From contig OZ374559.1 in assembly GCA_977862235.1 (NCBI GenBank), positions 992,001 through 1,056,000 of the forward strand: DNA of 64,000 nt, read 5' to 3'. The DNA comes from Dudresnaya verticillata (Eukaryota). Below, piece after piece: positions 51,101 through 62,979 of this stretch. Numbering within the stretch: position 1 is the stretch's first letter; every line of letters begins with the position of its first letter. Both the position numbers and the translations under genes were made by a program. Under the pieces are notes generated by a model, which saw only the letters and a list, made by a program, of their open reading frames with translations, made no database searches and was not told the DNA's origin.

Positions 51101-52000
51101 CGACACCTCCGGTGTGCCAACGACTCACCTGAGGTTCGCCGTGATCAGCTTCGTATTGGCATTTTCGGCGATAGCAGTAGCTTCGCCCCCACTGTCTCCC
51201 CAAGCATTTGGCGTCTCGGTCGTCACCCCTCACTCATACTCTTCTCGTTCTTCATGTCGAGCCCATCATGTGATTCAATCTCGAGAGAGGGACAAGGTCC
51301 GCCATTATCGCCGGCTGTGGGACGCCAATCATTTAGAACTACAATCGATAGTTATGGACATCAATGGCACCATTGGCCACGAGGGTTCGCTCGCGGTGCA
51401 CCACTGGAGTTCGCTCGTGGTGCGCAACGTATCCCGAATTTCCTGGCTGAGAAGAAGGGTACTTCTCCGTTTAGTTTCCCTTCCCTTCTCATACGTGTTA
51501 CTTCATTAGTGTAGTGGTTCAGTGCGTCGCGGTCTCAGTTAACTAGCGAAAGATTGTAGACCGCCGTGCTCGAAACAGTGCATATTAAGTCCCTTTACTT
51601 AAGGAGCTTACTCTCAAATTTGAGAAAAAAGGGATGCTTGCTTGTGTATTATAATATCTTTCGCGCTAACACGTTGGAGTTCGTGATGATGCTCTTCCGA
51701 AAGCCCTGGACCTCACATACAGTTAAGAATCGACAATTTGTCTTCATATTCGACCCCATCACACTAAACAGCGAGGGTCGGCGTTACACCCATCAAGCAT
51801 TATAAATATATTTCACTAGAGACCCAGAAAAACCAGCAGCACTCATCTCAACGAGAATTACATTAGGATCATTCCGCAGTACCCAAAAGAGATGGAGACC
51901 TTTATGCATAGGAAAAGAGAGGCCGTCATATCAGATTCCAAAAGCTCCAACCGCCTTTCAATTCCTGACATCGCTTGAAGCGAAGCTGTTCTACACCAGG

Positions 52001-53791
52001 ATGAAGCTCCGAGACTGCATCAAGCCCCCAAAACTCATACATGGGACTTCTTCAAGTAACCACCGTCCATGCCACAACAGAAGTTTTCTGTCATCCCAGA
52101 GCCATGTAATTGCAGTAGGTCTGCTTCTGTTAGCGACAGGCGTGGCCGCTGCCGATTTCTGCGACTTGCATCCTTTGATCTCTGTGACAGAGCAACCTTG
52201 TCCTGAAAACAGGCAGTACCAGTTGATGATAAGCCTTCAGCGCACCTTTAGGAATCCCTTTCACGCAATCCACGATATGCTCTGGGCATTATCGTACTAC
52301 TTGGCAAATTGTCTCCCACCTGGAAAGAAGGACCTCATCATTAAACTCAAGAACTCAACGGAGAAGACCCTTGCAGAATGCCAAGATTCTGAAGGGCAGC
52401 TCCCTGAACTCGCCAGGTACGGTATTCCCTGCTGGGAGATCTTTATGGTACATGCGATAGCAAAGAGCCACGGAGCGAAGGTGGTGGACAGTGGGTACGT
52501 GGAAGGTTGCGTTGACAAGAACGTTAATTTCTGTTGGAGCGTCAAATTTGATCGAAACTACGATGTCGGCATGAAGGTGGAATCAGACTATGAGCGCAAA
52601 ACGGTTCAACCCCATTTCAGAGAGGTGAAATGGTGGGGCCGTGGTTGCGTCGATCCCAAGAAAGATATAGTGTGCCAAAACCCTGCAAGCCAAGATGACA
52701 TTGAACCACAGCTTCCGGAAGAGTTTAAGATGGATGCATTCCGGCGGTTACGGGAATGTATGTGGGACTTTATAGGCATCCCAAAAGATCGCCCAGGTGG
52801 AAGAAGTGGTCCCGTGCGGGTTCTTTTGTACGATCGAAATGACACCGGCCGTCGCCAATGGGCAAGGTCGAATGACTTCTATGAACGTATCCGGGACGAC
52901 AGTCGTATGAAAGTCAGGTACATGCGCGTTACACCCAAGACTCCTGCGGAGCAGGCGAAGATTTACGCGTGGGCCGACTTAGTTCTTGGGCCTGCTGGTG
53001 CTGCCATGGCGAACACCATCTTCATGCGACCGAAATCGGAGATCATTGAGATCAACAAGAACTGTGGGCATCTCCAACTTGTGCCTCACGAATGGACAGC
53101 GTGGCATATCCCTATGCTTGACTTAAGCTTCAAATTAGTGGAGTGCATACATCTTTCTCATGACCCTGTTCTAAAGAAAGGCCCGCGACTCATTCACACC
53201 GAGCAGGCTCTGGAAGCTCTCGAAGCAGCTTTAATGCGGCTCGGCAACTGGATTGACATCCCTGAACAAGACATCATCCAAGGGAATAGAACAAATGAGC
53301 GCGTCCATGTTGCGCATGAAGTTGGTATTGATGAAAATGAATCTAAACTAGCGTCAGGACAGAAAGATGTATCTGCTGGGTACGTGCCAGATATGGGCGG
53401 TGACGCTCAAGACTTGTCAGTTTTGTCTAATGAAACCAAGTCGAAAGAGGGGAAAGGAATGAGTTCGCTCTATTCGGATAGGAAGAGGGGTACGAGATCT
53501 GGCGAAAGTGTCTCAAAGCTGTTTTCAGAGCTGAGTGGAGCAAAGGGTTTTGCGCTTGGCCTGTGGCTGATCACATTTCTTTTGTTTACCGTGCTTGCTC
53601 TGAGGCGGACGAAAGCTGAGCAGAAGGAGAAGCATGGTCAATGTGATCGAAGGGAGAAGCATGGTCAATTTGATCAAAAGTATTCGGTATGGGGTTTTGA
53701 CATCTCCTCACTACGGCAGAGGTTCTGGCGAAGCACTAAAGCTTTTAGTCAGAGAGGGCAAGAGAGAGAGGGAGAAAATCTTCATCGGTGA
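52001..53791 (+). CDS. GT61/DUF563-like glycosyltransferase paralog (596 aa)
   Basis: Same motifs as 2920..4641; short duplication EKHGQCDRR/EKHGQFDQK and an extended C-terminus. Confidence 0.8.
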   Translation: MKLRDCIKPPKLIHGTSSSNHRPCHNRSFLSSQSHVIAVGLLLLATGVAAADFCDLHPLISVTEQPCPENRQYQLMISLQRTFRNPFHAIHDMLWALSYYLANCLPPGKKDLIIKLKNSTEKTLAECQDSEGQLPELARYGIPCWEIFMVHAIAKSHGAKVVDSGYVEGCVDKNVNFCWSVKFDRNYDVGMKVESDYERKTVQPHFREVKWWGRGCVDPKKDIVCQNPASQDDIEPQLPEEFKMDAFRRLRECMWDFIGIPKDRPGGRSGPVRVLLYDRNDTGRRQWARSNDFYERIRDDSRMKVRYMRVTPKTPAEQAKIYAWADLVLGPAGAAMANTIFMRPKSEIIEINKNCGHLQLVPHEWTAWHIPMLDLSFKLVECIHLSHDPVLKKGPRLIHTEQALEALEAALMRLGNWIDIPEQDIIQGNRTNERVHVAHEVGIDENESKLASGQKDVSAGYVPDMGGDAQDLSVLSNETKSKEGKGMSSLYSDRKRGTRSGESVSKLFSELSGAKGFALGLWLITFLLFTVLALRRTKAEQKEKHGQCDRREKHGQFDQKYSVWGFDISSLRQRFWRSTKAFSQRGQEREGENLHR

Positions 53792-55050
53792 CCGCATGTA
53801 TAGATTCTGTTGCATTTTGAAAGGCTAAGATATACCATTGCACTCTAACTCAGCACACGTAATGCAAAGCAAAAGGAGAGACTAGAGAGGAAAGGATATG
53901 GGTACGTAAATTGATGCGGTGTAACAGAATTTTGTGCAATTGCGTCGCCCTTGGTGCTAACCATTGTCAACTGTGCTCATCTCCATTTGTTCCCAGGCCA
54001 CCAACCCGCTTGCCATAGTAAGGCCCAGCTCTTTTGTTAATGTTAGGCCCAGCAAGTCGCAGAAACAAAAGCAGTCGCAGAAACAAAAGCAGTCACAAAT
54101 AGCTCAACAGTACGTGAAGATTTTCAATTCTGCTTGAGGAAAGTCTGGGGGAAGGAAAATACAGGAGTCACCACAGATGGTTTACTCAGGAAGCCTCTCC
54201 ATTGTTTGCGGATATATCTGTATCTCTTTGCTTACCGCTCGATTGCACAGGATATTGAATTGCCCATATCGCTATCTTTTCTATCGTGTAAGAATAGACA
54301 CGAAAAGGTATCGTGAGCATCTGCTTTCATGCCATATTCCGTTAACGGTTCGATAGCAGCGATTGCAATGCATGACTGGAAGGAAACAAGACTTGCTTCA
54401 GTTGAAACTGAATTCATTCCCGTACCTATATCATGAACTTGAAGAATGGTTTAGAAGGGCAGATTCTGAATTCAGATTCTCCCCGTGACGAGGGGATTTC
54501 AGTTTGTATGCACATTGAAAGAAGCTGAATGCATCTCTGTTGCGAAATTGGCTATTTGATGACTGTGAAGGCAACCCTTCATCAGCCGATGTTACGTTAG
54601 CCGCTTTCAGCATTCTCTGAGGCGCCAGAGAAATCAGAAGATGTCCCAGACGACGATAGAGCATTTCTTTAGCAAGTAGAGCAACTTTCCCGGCGTTTTG
54701 AAAAAGTGCTCCAAGTACTTCCTCGGAGTATTCCCCGATGCGACAAAGGAACATGAAGCCGTCCATACTGATTATTCTTATAACAAGGATTGTGTGTGGA
54801 CTCACTTATTATAGTTGTTGCCGTCGCGGCCTGTACGGACCTTTTACGAGGTGCTTGCGATAGCGGTTTGAACTCCAGCGCTCTTTGAAGGGATGCAGGC
54901 GGCACGCATGCTTGCACCGCTTGCACTAGCCCCGTGAAGAATCTGCTCGGGAGACTCGTGTTGTTGAATTCTATCTGTTGTATAACATGGTCTTGCGTGT
55001 GCGACTTTGGCCTATTTGCAGGCACACGATCGATTGATGGGCAGGGAGTA

Positions 55051-55286
55051 CAGTCAACTCGCGATAATTGAATGACCGATAAATGCATAATCCCGATATT
55101 CGAATACGCGCGATGCCCATCAATCCACTCTCGATGACTTCATTCAGTAGCGCGGTACTCTATTCTGTAACTAAATGTGCTCTCATACTGTAATGTGCTT
55201 TGTCATGCACATCCGACATTTGCATTCTCGCGATAACTGAATAGAAACCTGTCGACCGTCATTATTCATTTATCGCGAGTTGACTG
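55051..55286. mobile_element. MITE, Tc1/mariner-pogo type (236 bp)
   Basis: TIR CAGTCAACTCGCGATAA(T/A)TGAAT, TA on both sides; partial internal TIR copy near 55227. Confidence 0.88.
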
Positions 55287-55743
55287 TAATACACTGCAGA
55301 ATGGAGATGTGATAGTGGGTGGGCATACATACCACAAGCGTTTACGAACGAGAATGCTATTCCGACAGCAGCTGCTCCACCGCTGAACCTGCATGGCACA
55401 CGCCCCGCTCTTCTACATACTCGCTGTGTGTAACACTGTCATGCGCGGAACGATCCTTGGCGGCGAAGCTCAGAGCTCCGCTCCCCCCCCCCGCCCCCCG
55501 CCAGAACGCGCCGCAACAACGGGATAATTCGGCAAAGTCGTTCTCCGTCCAAGTCCAGTTCGTCGCGCTGCTGGAACATTGCCCAAGGCTAGACCAGGTG
55601 ACCGTGACAGGCGAGCGCGCTACAACCAAGCACGTACAAACGCTATGGGTGTGCCGCAGCGACGGCACATCACGGCACCACTGCCGCTCCAGCGTCGCTT
55701 CCGTGTGGAAGCTGCGGACGCCTACGTGTACTGCACTGCAATC

Positions 55744-57102
55744 CTACGCGCAGTTTTCCTTTACGGCCGCGACAAAGTCTGGGCCCATCGCTTCCGCCAG
55801 TGTCGCGTCGGCCGTGTCATCGTCCGGAATAGTGCCCTCAGGCAGATCATTGAGCGTTGTCTCGGGGTCCCACAGCCAGTCAAGGCCTTTGGAAACACGC
55901 ACCATGGCAGCAAGCGTATCAGTGGGGTTCGGCGGCTCGACCATCTCGCCGCGACGCGCGCGCTCCCATAGGTCGCGGATGCCAGTCGCCATGCTGGCAG
56001 CCATGACGAGCGACAAATACGGCATGGCCAGCGCGGCGAGGTTGTGGTTGTCTGCCGTGCCGTCATTGAACGGCGAGTCGAAGTTGACAAACACCGCGTC
56101 CGCGCCAGCGCCGAACTGACTGCCCTCGTTCACGCCGAGCAGCCGGTTAAGTGTGTCATTCCGCGCGGCGAGGTGGATATACGCCGGGCCGTCCGAGTAG
56201 CCACGCGCAGCGTTGCCGCACGTAAGAATCGTGACGTATTGGCGCAGCCGCGTGCGGATCTGCTCGTTCGACTCACCGCCCTTGCGGCTCTCGTCGTAGT
56301 GCTGCTTGAGCGCGGCCAGCACCTCGACGGACGAGCGGCTGTACGCAACCAAGACGAAGGCGCGGGCGTCATCGCCTTTGGTAAGGTCGAACATGGCACG
56401 GTACGAGCGCTTGAGCGGCGTGTCTATGGCGTTGATCAGGGACAGAGCGGTTTGCATAGCGTCGATGGAACGCGCCGGAAACGTCATTGTCCCGTCGCCA
56501 AACTCGATTTCATATCCAGCCATCCGCAGCACGGGCTGCAGCAGCCATAAGGAGCCACGCAAGATCGGGGCGGTCGTGGTATCGATGACGACGTCACCCT
56601 GGTCGAGCGAGGTGCCGAGATGGACCTGGGCCATAGAGGGCCCGCACAGGACGTCGACATAGTGTTGGACGCGCTGCGGCGAGGTGGTCTGCGTGCCTTC
56701 GTACGGCTGGTGGCGCGTGTTGAGCCCGGGCGAGAAGTAGAGGAGCTCGTCGGCAGTGCCGTGCATGCGGGGGTAGATGCGGAGCGAGGCCTCGACGTAT
56801 GCGTGCGGGTCGGGCTGCGCGAGCATGTGGGCCAAGGCCAGTGACGCGCCGCGACTGCCCGGCACGGTGAGGCGGCCCGCGTGGCCCTCGTCGTAGTTGA
56901 AGTGCAGGGCGTCCGCGCCGTCCGGCAGCGGGCTCGGGTCGACCGAGGTGGACTCCAGGTCGGACGGCATGTCCGGCGAGATGCGCGTGTAGAGGCTCCG
57001 CAGCGCGCCGATCGTTAGCAGCGACCAGTTGGTGGCCATGGCGGCTAGCGCCGGCGGACGCGCTGCCTGCGCCGCGTACGCCTCCAGGTCGGGGTTGGAC
57101 AT
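55744..57102 (-). CDS. Putative alpha/beta-hydrolase-fold protein (452 aa from MSNPDL)
   Basis: Open ORF with LYFSPGLNT, elbow-like FVLVAYSRSS, ILTCGNAA, YIHLAARND and DNHNL in Ser-Asp-His order. Start chosen from the paralog. The fold is an inference. Confidence 0.65.
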   Translation of the reverse strand: MSNPDLEAYAAQAARPPALAAMATNWSLLTIGALRSLYTRISPDMPSDLESTSVDPSPLPDGADALHFNYDEGHAGRLTVPGSRGASLALAHMLAQPDPHAYVEASLRIYPRMHGTADELLYFSPGLNTRHQPYEGTQTTSPQRVQHYVDVLCGPSMAQVHLGTSLDQGDVVIDTTTAPILRGSLWLLQPVLRMAGYEIEFGDGTMTFPARSIDAMQTALSLINAIDTPLKRSYRAMFDLTKGDDARAFVLVAYSRSSVEVLAALKQHYDESRKGGESNEQIRTRLRQYVTILTCGNAARGYSDGPAYIHLAARNDTLNRLLGVNEGSQFGAGADAVFVNFDSPFNDGTADNHNLAALAMPYLSLVMAASMATGIRDLWERARRGEMVEPPNPTDTLAAMVRVSKGLDWLWDPETTLNDLPEGTIPDDDTADATLAEAMGPDFVAAVKENCA

Positions 57103-58939
57103 GTTGTGCGCGATGAGATGGGGGGTTGGGAGGGGGTAGAGTTGTTGTGTGTGACGGGGGAGGGGTGTGGCGAGTTGCTTCTTCCTCTTCAAATTCTTGT
57201 TCTTCTTCCCCTCCTCGGGGGGGGCCGGGCGGCTTTTTGCGAAGAAGGTTTGCGACGGGGGGCCGATAGGGTTGCGATGCCTCTCGAGAGGTGTGGATTT
57301 CGATATCGGCCAATAAAAAGGCTGCGGAATCGGCGGATTTCGCAACGATTGGTCGTGGGCAGCCGTCGCAACAACCGCAGTGGCAGATGCGATGGCCAGA
57401 CGCATTCCCCGACGTGGACCCGGCCCCACAGCGACACTCGCAGTGTTGCTGTATACAGCGCAGCAGCGCAGCTAATCAGGCAGCACTGCTGCTTCCGCTC
57501 CGCGGAAGCGCCCCGAAGGTTGAGAATCCGAGTCGGCGCTTGCTATGCGTGCGTTGTTGCCACGCGCTCACGCCGACCTCGCCGTGGTGACGTCAAGTCT
57601 GCACGGCCGGAATGCACACGCGCTGCTCGAGACAATACCGTCTACCCCGAGGACATGGCGATCCCACGGAGTGCTCCCGTCGCTCAAGCGGCTTAAGCGA
57701 CAGCCTTGCGGCGACTCGCCGCTGCGTCAAAGGTGACCCTATGGCACGGCGCACGCAACACACGCAATACCGGTAGCGTACTGTAGTCGCTGTTAGAGTA
57801 TGCTGACCCGTCCGCTAGAGCAGCGCTGAGTCCGTTTGCTAACTTGTTTCAGAGCCTTCTGAGTAGCGGACGACAAGACGCCATCTAATAAGTTGCGCTG
57901 TCCGGGAACTGAAACGACCCGCCGTTGACGACGATCCTGAGAATTGGCCCGTGCCAGTCATCGCAGTAGAAGACGCAGAGCAGCAGTTTGCTAAACACAA
58001 CTGTACGTGACCCAGCCGCTCTGAACATCCAACAAGTGCGAGAAGCCGGCAGTCGCAGCGACTCCCTTGTTCAGGGTGGAGGCGGGACTAACGGGACGGC
58101 CATGCCTGCGCTGCGCAGTGGCGCGCAACGTGCACGAGTTCGCGACGAGAAGCCAGTTTGCCGCAGCCGTTGCAGGCGCCGTGTACCGGCTCGCCGACAT
58201 GGCAGCAGCGCAATGCACAGTTGGGAACTTTGCCGCCAGGCGAAATGCTCGCAAGTGTCCAAGTGCTTCATATGCCGCTCGCATTCGCATAATCGTACTC
58301 TCTACTAAGCGGAAGGGTCCTTGGCGTAGTTATAATGCACTTCAAGGGCGAGAGCGTTACGAAGCGTTACGTCCAAACAGCACGTGCCCTACTCGGCATT
58401 GGGGGCCCCGACCGCGCATGTTGCGGCCTCCGGTATTTCTTCAATTGCTTCGCAGCAATGTCTTCGCCCTTTCCAGCGCGGATTGGTCCACTTGGCTCAC
58501 CGGGGCTGGCTTTCCTCAAGCTTCACACACTCACAGCTTCGCGCACCCGCCGCCCAGCTGCCTGGACAAAACGCCAATCCGTCAAGTTGAACATCACCCT
58601 CACCCTCGGGGCCCGCCTCGCGCGAAGCCAACCCCGACCAGCGTTTGAACCCCCGTTCAACATCCTTGATCCTTGATCTTATGAGCAGCACCTGACACCG
58701 TAGTACTCCTGCGCACCAGAAACATCTCTTGGACAACCACGACGTTCGGAGCCAGCAAAAGCGCGACATCATCAAAATTGCCATGACGATGGTGAGGTCA
58801 GAGAGTAAGCCATGCGCTTCACATGACTTTTCCAAGAAGCGTGGAAGGGAATGTTATCGAGTATGTGTACGTTCCTTGGCACTTAGCTTACGCCATTTCA
58901 TACAAGCAGCCAGCGTTGGGCTTGCAGCGTACAAGCGCT

Positions 58940-60370
58940 TCATGTCCTAACTCGCGTTCTGCACGTTGGGCATGTTGAGTTGAGTCGCAACCACTGTTCC
59001 ACGCACGAGTCATGGAAAACATGAGCACATGGAAGAGTTGCAATAGCGACATCTTCACTTCTTTTCAAACTTTCCAAGCAGATCGCACAGCAAATATCTG
59101 CTCTGTTGCGTTGCTGTGCGTCGCCGTTGTGGACACGTTCGCCTCGCCGGTGTTGACCGCTAGAAGAGTCAACTATGTATGAAAAGAACATGTAGCCCGT
59201 AACTGCGGCTCCCAATACAACGAGACCACGAGGTAAGGCGAAGAGCCAGTTCACCATTTTGGCCAAGAAGCTCCGGAAGAGGCCTCGGATCAAAACTATT
59301 CTACTCCATACTGGCCTCTTCTTCATCTTCTGCATCTTCTGCAGCTCTGGTGAAACGTCAGCAGAACCGACAGACGACTTCTTCAGAATGCTGCCAGGGT
59401 CAAGCCCTGGAGAACGCACGTGGTGGTTCTGACGGAGGTTGCCAGACGGCAAAGGCGATGCTGTGATTTTCTCTAGCCCTTCATGCGGAACCCTGCGAAA
59501 CAAACGTGATACTGATCGCCTCATTCCTTGAAGCTTTGGGGAGCCGGCCGATGACTTCTTTGCAAAGGTATCTGAAATGGGCATCGGCGAAGTTTCGCAA
59601 CATCTGTCTAGATTGCTGCTTAGTATGAGGTTCTGAGGGGGTGCAGGACAGTTTGCTCCAGCGTCGTGTAAGGTGGCTTCCCTGGCGGGCTTGTTCCGTG
59701 CGTTCCTGTTTCGCGGCATGGTTCGAAGCAACCGCGAAAGCGGCCGTGTGACTATTGCAAAAACTTGTGACACCATGGGCACACACTGACGGACGCTAGT
59801 ATACAAGGCGGTATACATCAGGACTAGCACCGCTCTTAGGAGGTTCAGAACTGCAAAGAAGAAGCGAGAGAGTAACGGCCAAAGGATTTGGAGAAATGCG
59901 ACAACGGGCGCTAATGGGCTGAGAAGGTAGGAGGCAAGGCGCACAACGGGTATGGTGACGGCTTTGAAAGCAGATGAAAAGGAAGAAGAAGCGACAGCGA
60001 GTGCGCGCGTGGTTCCGCGACGAACAGCCCTGGTGATGGAGAGCACGGCAGCGCCGAAACGCGAGAGAAGACGTTGGACGGGGGTGAACAAGGTCGCGCG
60101 CAACCAGACGAAAGCGCATCTGCAAAGTCGCAGCGGAGGGGTGAAGGTGAGCTGCGCGATGGAGGACGTGACGAGGAGCAGCTCTCGGGCGGCATGGCGG
60201 AGGTCTTCGGCGGCGGTGGTGAGTGGGGTCTCTGCGAGCCTGGCGGTGCTCGGCGTGGCGGCAGTGGCGCTGGCGCTGAGCAGCACGAAGGCGGCGGCGG
60301 CGACAAGACAGGTACAGGTTGGCGGGATTGGATGCGGCAGGGTGTGGCGGGGCAGCTTGCGAGTGCACAT
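58940..60370 (-). CDS. Membrane-associated RING-H2 E3 ubiquitin ligase-like protein
   Basis: C-terminal CAICLESL..LPCAHVFHDSCVEQWL..CPTC plus hydrophobic segments. First in-frame ATG at 60370; the listed 60529 start is GTG. Confidence 0.85.
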   Translation of the reverse strand: MCTRKLPRHTLPHPIPPTCTCLVAAAAFVLLSASATAATPSTARLAETPLTTAAEDLRHAARELLLVTSSIAQLTFTPPLRLCRCAFVWLRATLFTPVQRLLSRFGAAVLSITRAVRRGTTRALAVASSSFSSAFKAVTIPVVRLASYLLSPLAPVVAFLQILWPLLSRFFFAVLNLLRAVLVLMYTALYTSVRQCVPMVSQVFAIVTRPLSRLLRTMPRNRNARNKPAREATLHDAGANCPAPPQNLILSSNLDRCCETSPMPISDTFAKKSSAGSPKLQGMRRSVSRLFRRVPHEGLEKITASPLPSGNLRQNHHVRSPGLDPGSILKKSSVGSADVSPELQKMQKMKKRPVWSRIVLIRGLFRSFLAKMVNWLFALPRGLVVLGAAVTGYMFFSYIVDSSSGQHRRGERVHNGDAQQRNRADICCAICLESLKRSEDVAIATLPCAHVFHDSCVEQWLRLNSTCPTCRTRVRT

Positions 60371-61743
60371 GGGGCTGTTGCGAGGCAGCGGCGGGCTGAC
60401 GGGATTTGCTCGCGGGTTGTGCCGACGGAGAAGATGAGCGTGTGGAGTTTGCGGTTGCTGGTGCTGCGGGTGACGTCTGCGCGTTTGCTTCTCGCGGTTG
60501 CTGAGGTGCCGACATCGGCTGTTGTACACATCACTTCCGGTAAATGATTAGTCTTTCTAAAGTGGTTTGGTCATTACTTATCGAGAAGATTCAGTAAGTG
60601 ATGAGAGAAATAATGAACTTTCGGAACCGCGCGGCACTACGAGGCATGCAATTATCGAGATAATATTGTGGGACTATTCCAATTATTTCTGCGGGCCATC
60701 CATCTATTGGCTGTGTACTGGTCAGGTCCACAGCACTGCATCGTCATAGAGCTGAATTTGGCTTTGAGCTTCCCGGTCTCAAGCCGCCCCTACAAATTGG
60801 GGAGAGGCAGTGTTTCTCCACGTAGACCGCCCCTTGGTGCATTCTGAGGGCCACATAACCGGCCGGTGACCCTCAACTGCCCAACGGTTCATGTTTGGCG
60901 GCCAGGGTGTATCGTCGCAGCCGCATGAAGCGCAGTTTTTGGACAATGCCATGGCTGCCCTTGAAGGGACTCTTGCGTACATGTCCGAAGCCACTGGAGG
61001 GGCTCTGCAATGGTGCAGAACGGCGACGAAGCTACGATCCTATCTGGCATCCCATAGGACACTCTGCGTGTTGTTCTTCTTGTAGTTGCGGGTACTTTTG
61101 GAAAGAATAACGTTTCGGGATTTGGTCTCTTCCTGCAGCCTATGCGTTGTGCTCTGTCGGTTCGCAACTGCTATGTAGTCTTAGTTAAGCTTGCAACCTT
61201 CTTTTTTTGAGCAAAGCATTATTGTTATTGGCAGTGAAAGTATCGGTCATGCTGGAACAATAACGCTGCACAGCAAGGTCGAGGTTTGAAGGTTGCTGGC
61301 AACTGGGAGGGCGCTGTCAACCCGCGGTTGGGTCTATCAGAAATGAGATTGCCACGAAACTTGATCTTATTGAGCATTGGGCTTTGAAGTTGTTTGACAC
61401 GCACGGTCTTCTGGGCCTCCACAACACTTTGTGCGTCCGCAGTGCGAGATTTTCGCACCACCTCTTCACTTTGCAAGCGGATTCGTTATCCTCGTTGGGA
61501 TTGGGGGCCGCTGTATGCCGCCATACAGCCTACGTCAAAGCTCTTGAGATCGGGCCTTGTTTAGGAAGCGATCTATGGGGGCTGTCGGGGACTCTGAGCG
61601 AGCGGTTTTCTTAACGGGAGATGCGAGCCAAACTGCTACCTTACCTCGAAGACTCTCGCGAATGACAGAAACGGAATCCCACTCGGAAGCCTGTCTCCTC
61701 AACCTTCGCTCTCCCCACCACCAACCGCCGCAAGCATTTCACA

Positions 61744-62979
61744 ATGCCGCGCCTCGCCCCCATCCTCCTCCTCCTCCTCCTCCCCACGGCCCTCTTCACG
61801 CTCTCCCTGGCCACAACTCGCACGCTGCGCGACCGGGTGAAGGTCCCGCCTTTTACGGCAACGATATCACGCACCGGTTCGATCCACTTCCCGTCAATCC
61901 CTGCTCTTCCTCCGCTCCTCCGCTCCCTCAACCTCAAACGCACCACCCGCACACGCTTTACCGCAACCTCCTCCATCCTCCCAAACCTCGTCCCAGCCAC
62001 CGCCACGCTTCGCCGCGCCACCCTAACGCTCGCCCTCACCGCTCCGCCCATCACTGTCCGTCTCCGCGTCATCGCCAAAACTCGCCGCACCCTAACTCTC
62101 CGCGGCTCGGCCAGACATGTGTTCCCACGCCCCTTCGGCCTGCGCATGCACCGGACGAACCGGACTGTCCCGCAAGCTGTGTCCGCGCTAACAACGCTGC
62201 TCCGCTCTGGCGACACACCCGCGCGCTTGGTCGCGGTCATCAACTACACCACTGTACTCGCACCGGCTGGTTTCCGCCTTGCACCGTCGGCATTAGTGGT
62301 GCTGGCCAACCCGGCAGTGGGTACACGGCTCTGGCTCGCGCGCCCCGCGACGGGTGTGGAGCTACCGGTCGAGGTGCTGGTGGCGGCGTCGCCGTTGGGC
62401 GTCGTGTATGTGTGCTGGAACTCGGCGTCGCTACTGAGGGTGCGGTTCCGGCTGGGCGGAGTCAGCAGGGAGGTGGACACGGCGCTGGGCATGATCGATG
62501 CGGGTCTGGCGCGGTTTGCAGGGGTCGCAGCGGGGAGGGAGCTCAAGGCTGCCGGGAAGGGGTTTGACGTTGACTGCATCCCGCGTGTGAATGGGATGCG
62601 GGTGCGGCGGGGGACTGGAGATGCGAAGGAGGCATTCGACAGGCTTGTTGCGGCGGTTGAGGCTGCCCCGGATCCGTTTTTCATTGCCTTCTCGGTTGAC
62701 CACGCAAAGGCTGGCGTGGAGGTCGGGTTTGATGTCAGGGCCCGGCAGAATAGGGTGCTGCTTCTCGGAAACCCGGAGCTTGGGGCGGGCATCATGCAGC
62801 AGTCGTTCACGGCGGCGATTGATATCCCGATTAAGTTCTCGGTTTGGACGAACGGAGGGAACCGGTATAGCGTCGGGTTTACAAATCCGGTGTGGTTTGG
62901 CAGACGACATTCCGTCAAGACACTGCCGGACGGCTTGCCATTCTTCTTCGGCTTTCAAGAAGCTGCGCTGGGTAAGTAG
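61744..62979 (+). CDS. Signal-peptide protein with two DUF302-like domains (411 aa)
   Basis: N-terminal poly-Leu signal; repeats LVVLANPAVGTRL..GVELPVEVLV and SVDHAKAG..LLLGNPELGAGIM..AIDIPIKFSVW. Confidence 0.75.
   Translation: MPRLAPILLLLLLPTALFTLSLATTRTLRDRVKVPPFTATISRTGSIHFPSIPALPPLLRSLNLKRTTRTRFTATSSILPNLVPATATLRRATLTLALTAPPITVRLRVIAKTRRTLTLRGSARHVFPRPFGLRMHRTNRTVPQAVSALTTLLRSGDTPARLVAVINYTTVLAPAGFRLAPSALVVLANPAVGTRLWLARPATGVELPVEVLVAASPLGVVYVCWNSASLLRVRFRLGGVSREVDTALGMIDAGLARFAGVAAGRELKAAGKGFDVDCIPRVNGMRVRRGTGDAKEAFDRLVAAVEAAPDPFFIAFSVDHAKAGVEVGFDVRARQNRVLLLGNPELGAGIMQQSFTAAIDIPIKFSVWTNGGNRYSVGFTNPVWFGRRHSVKTLPDGLPFFFGFQEAALGK

Larger units (their letters stand above)
51673..57160 (+). 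repeat. Segmental duplication, copy 2
   Basis: See 2620-10201. Confidence 0.9.

Noticed and set aside
47850..51510. Short ORFs, including 50976..51509 with a hydrophobic stretch
   Set aside because: No domain evidence; cannot be told apart from chance ORFs.
57103..57429. N-terminal extension of the hydrolase ORF
   Set aside because: Non-ATG start, low complexity, and paralog protein similarity effectively begins at the Met at 57102.
59796..62958. Long overlapping ORFs opposite or out of frame with the RING and DUF302 genes
   Set aside because: Shadow ORFs expected in GC-rich coding DNA.
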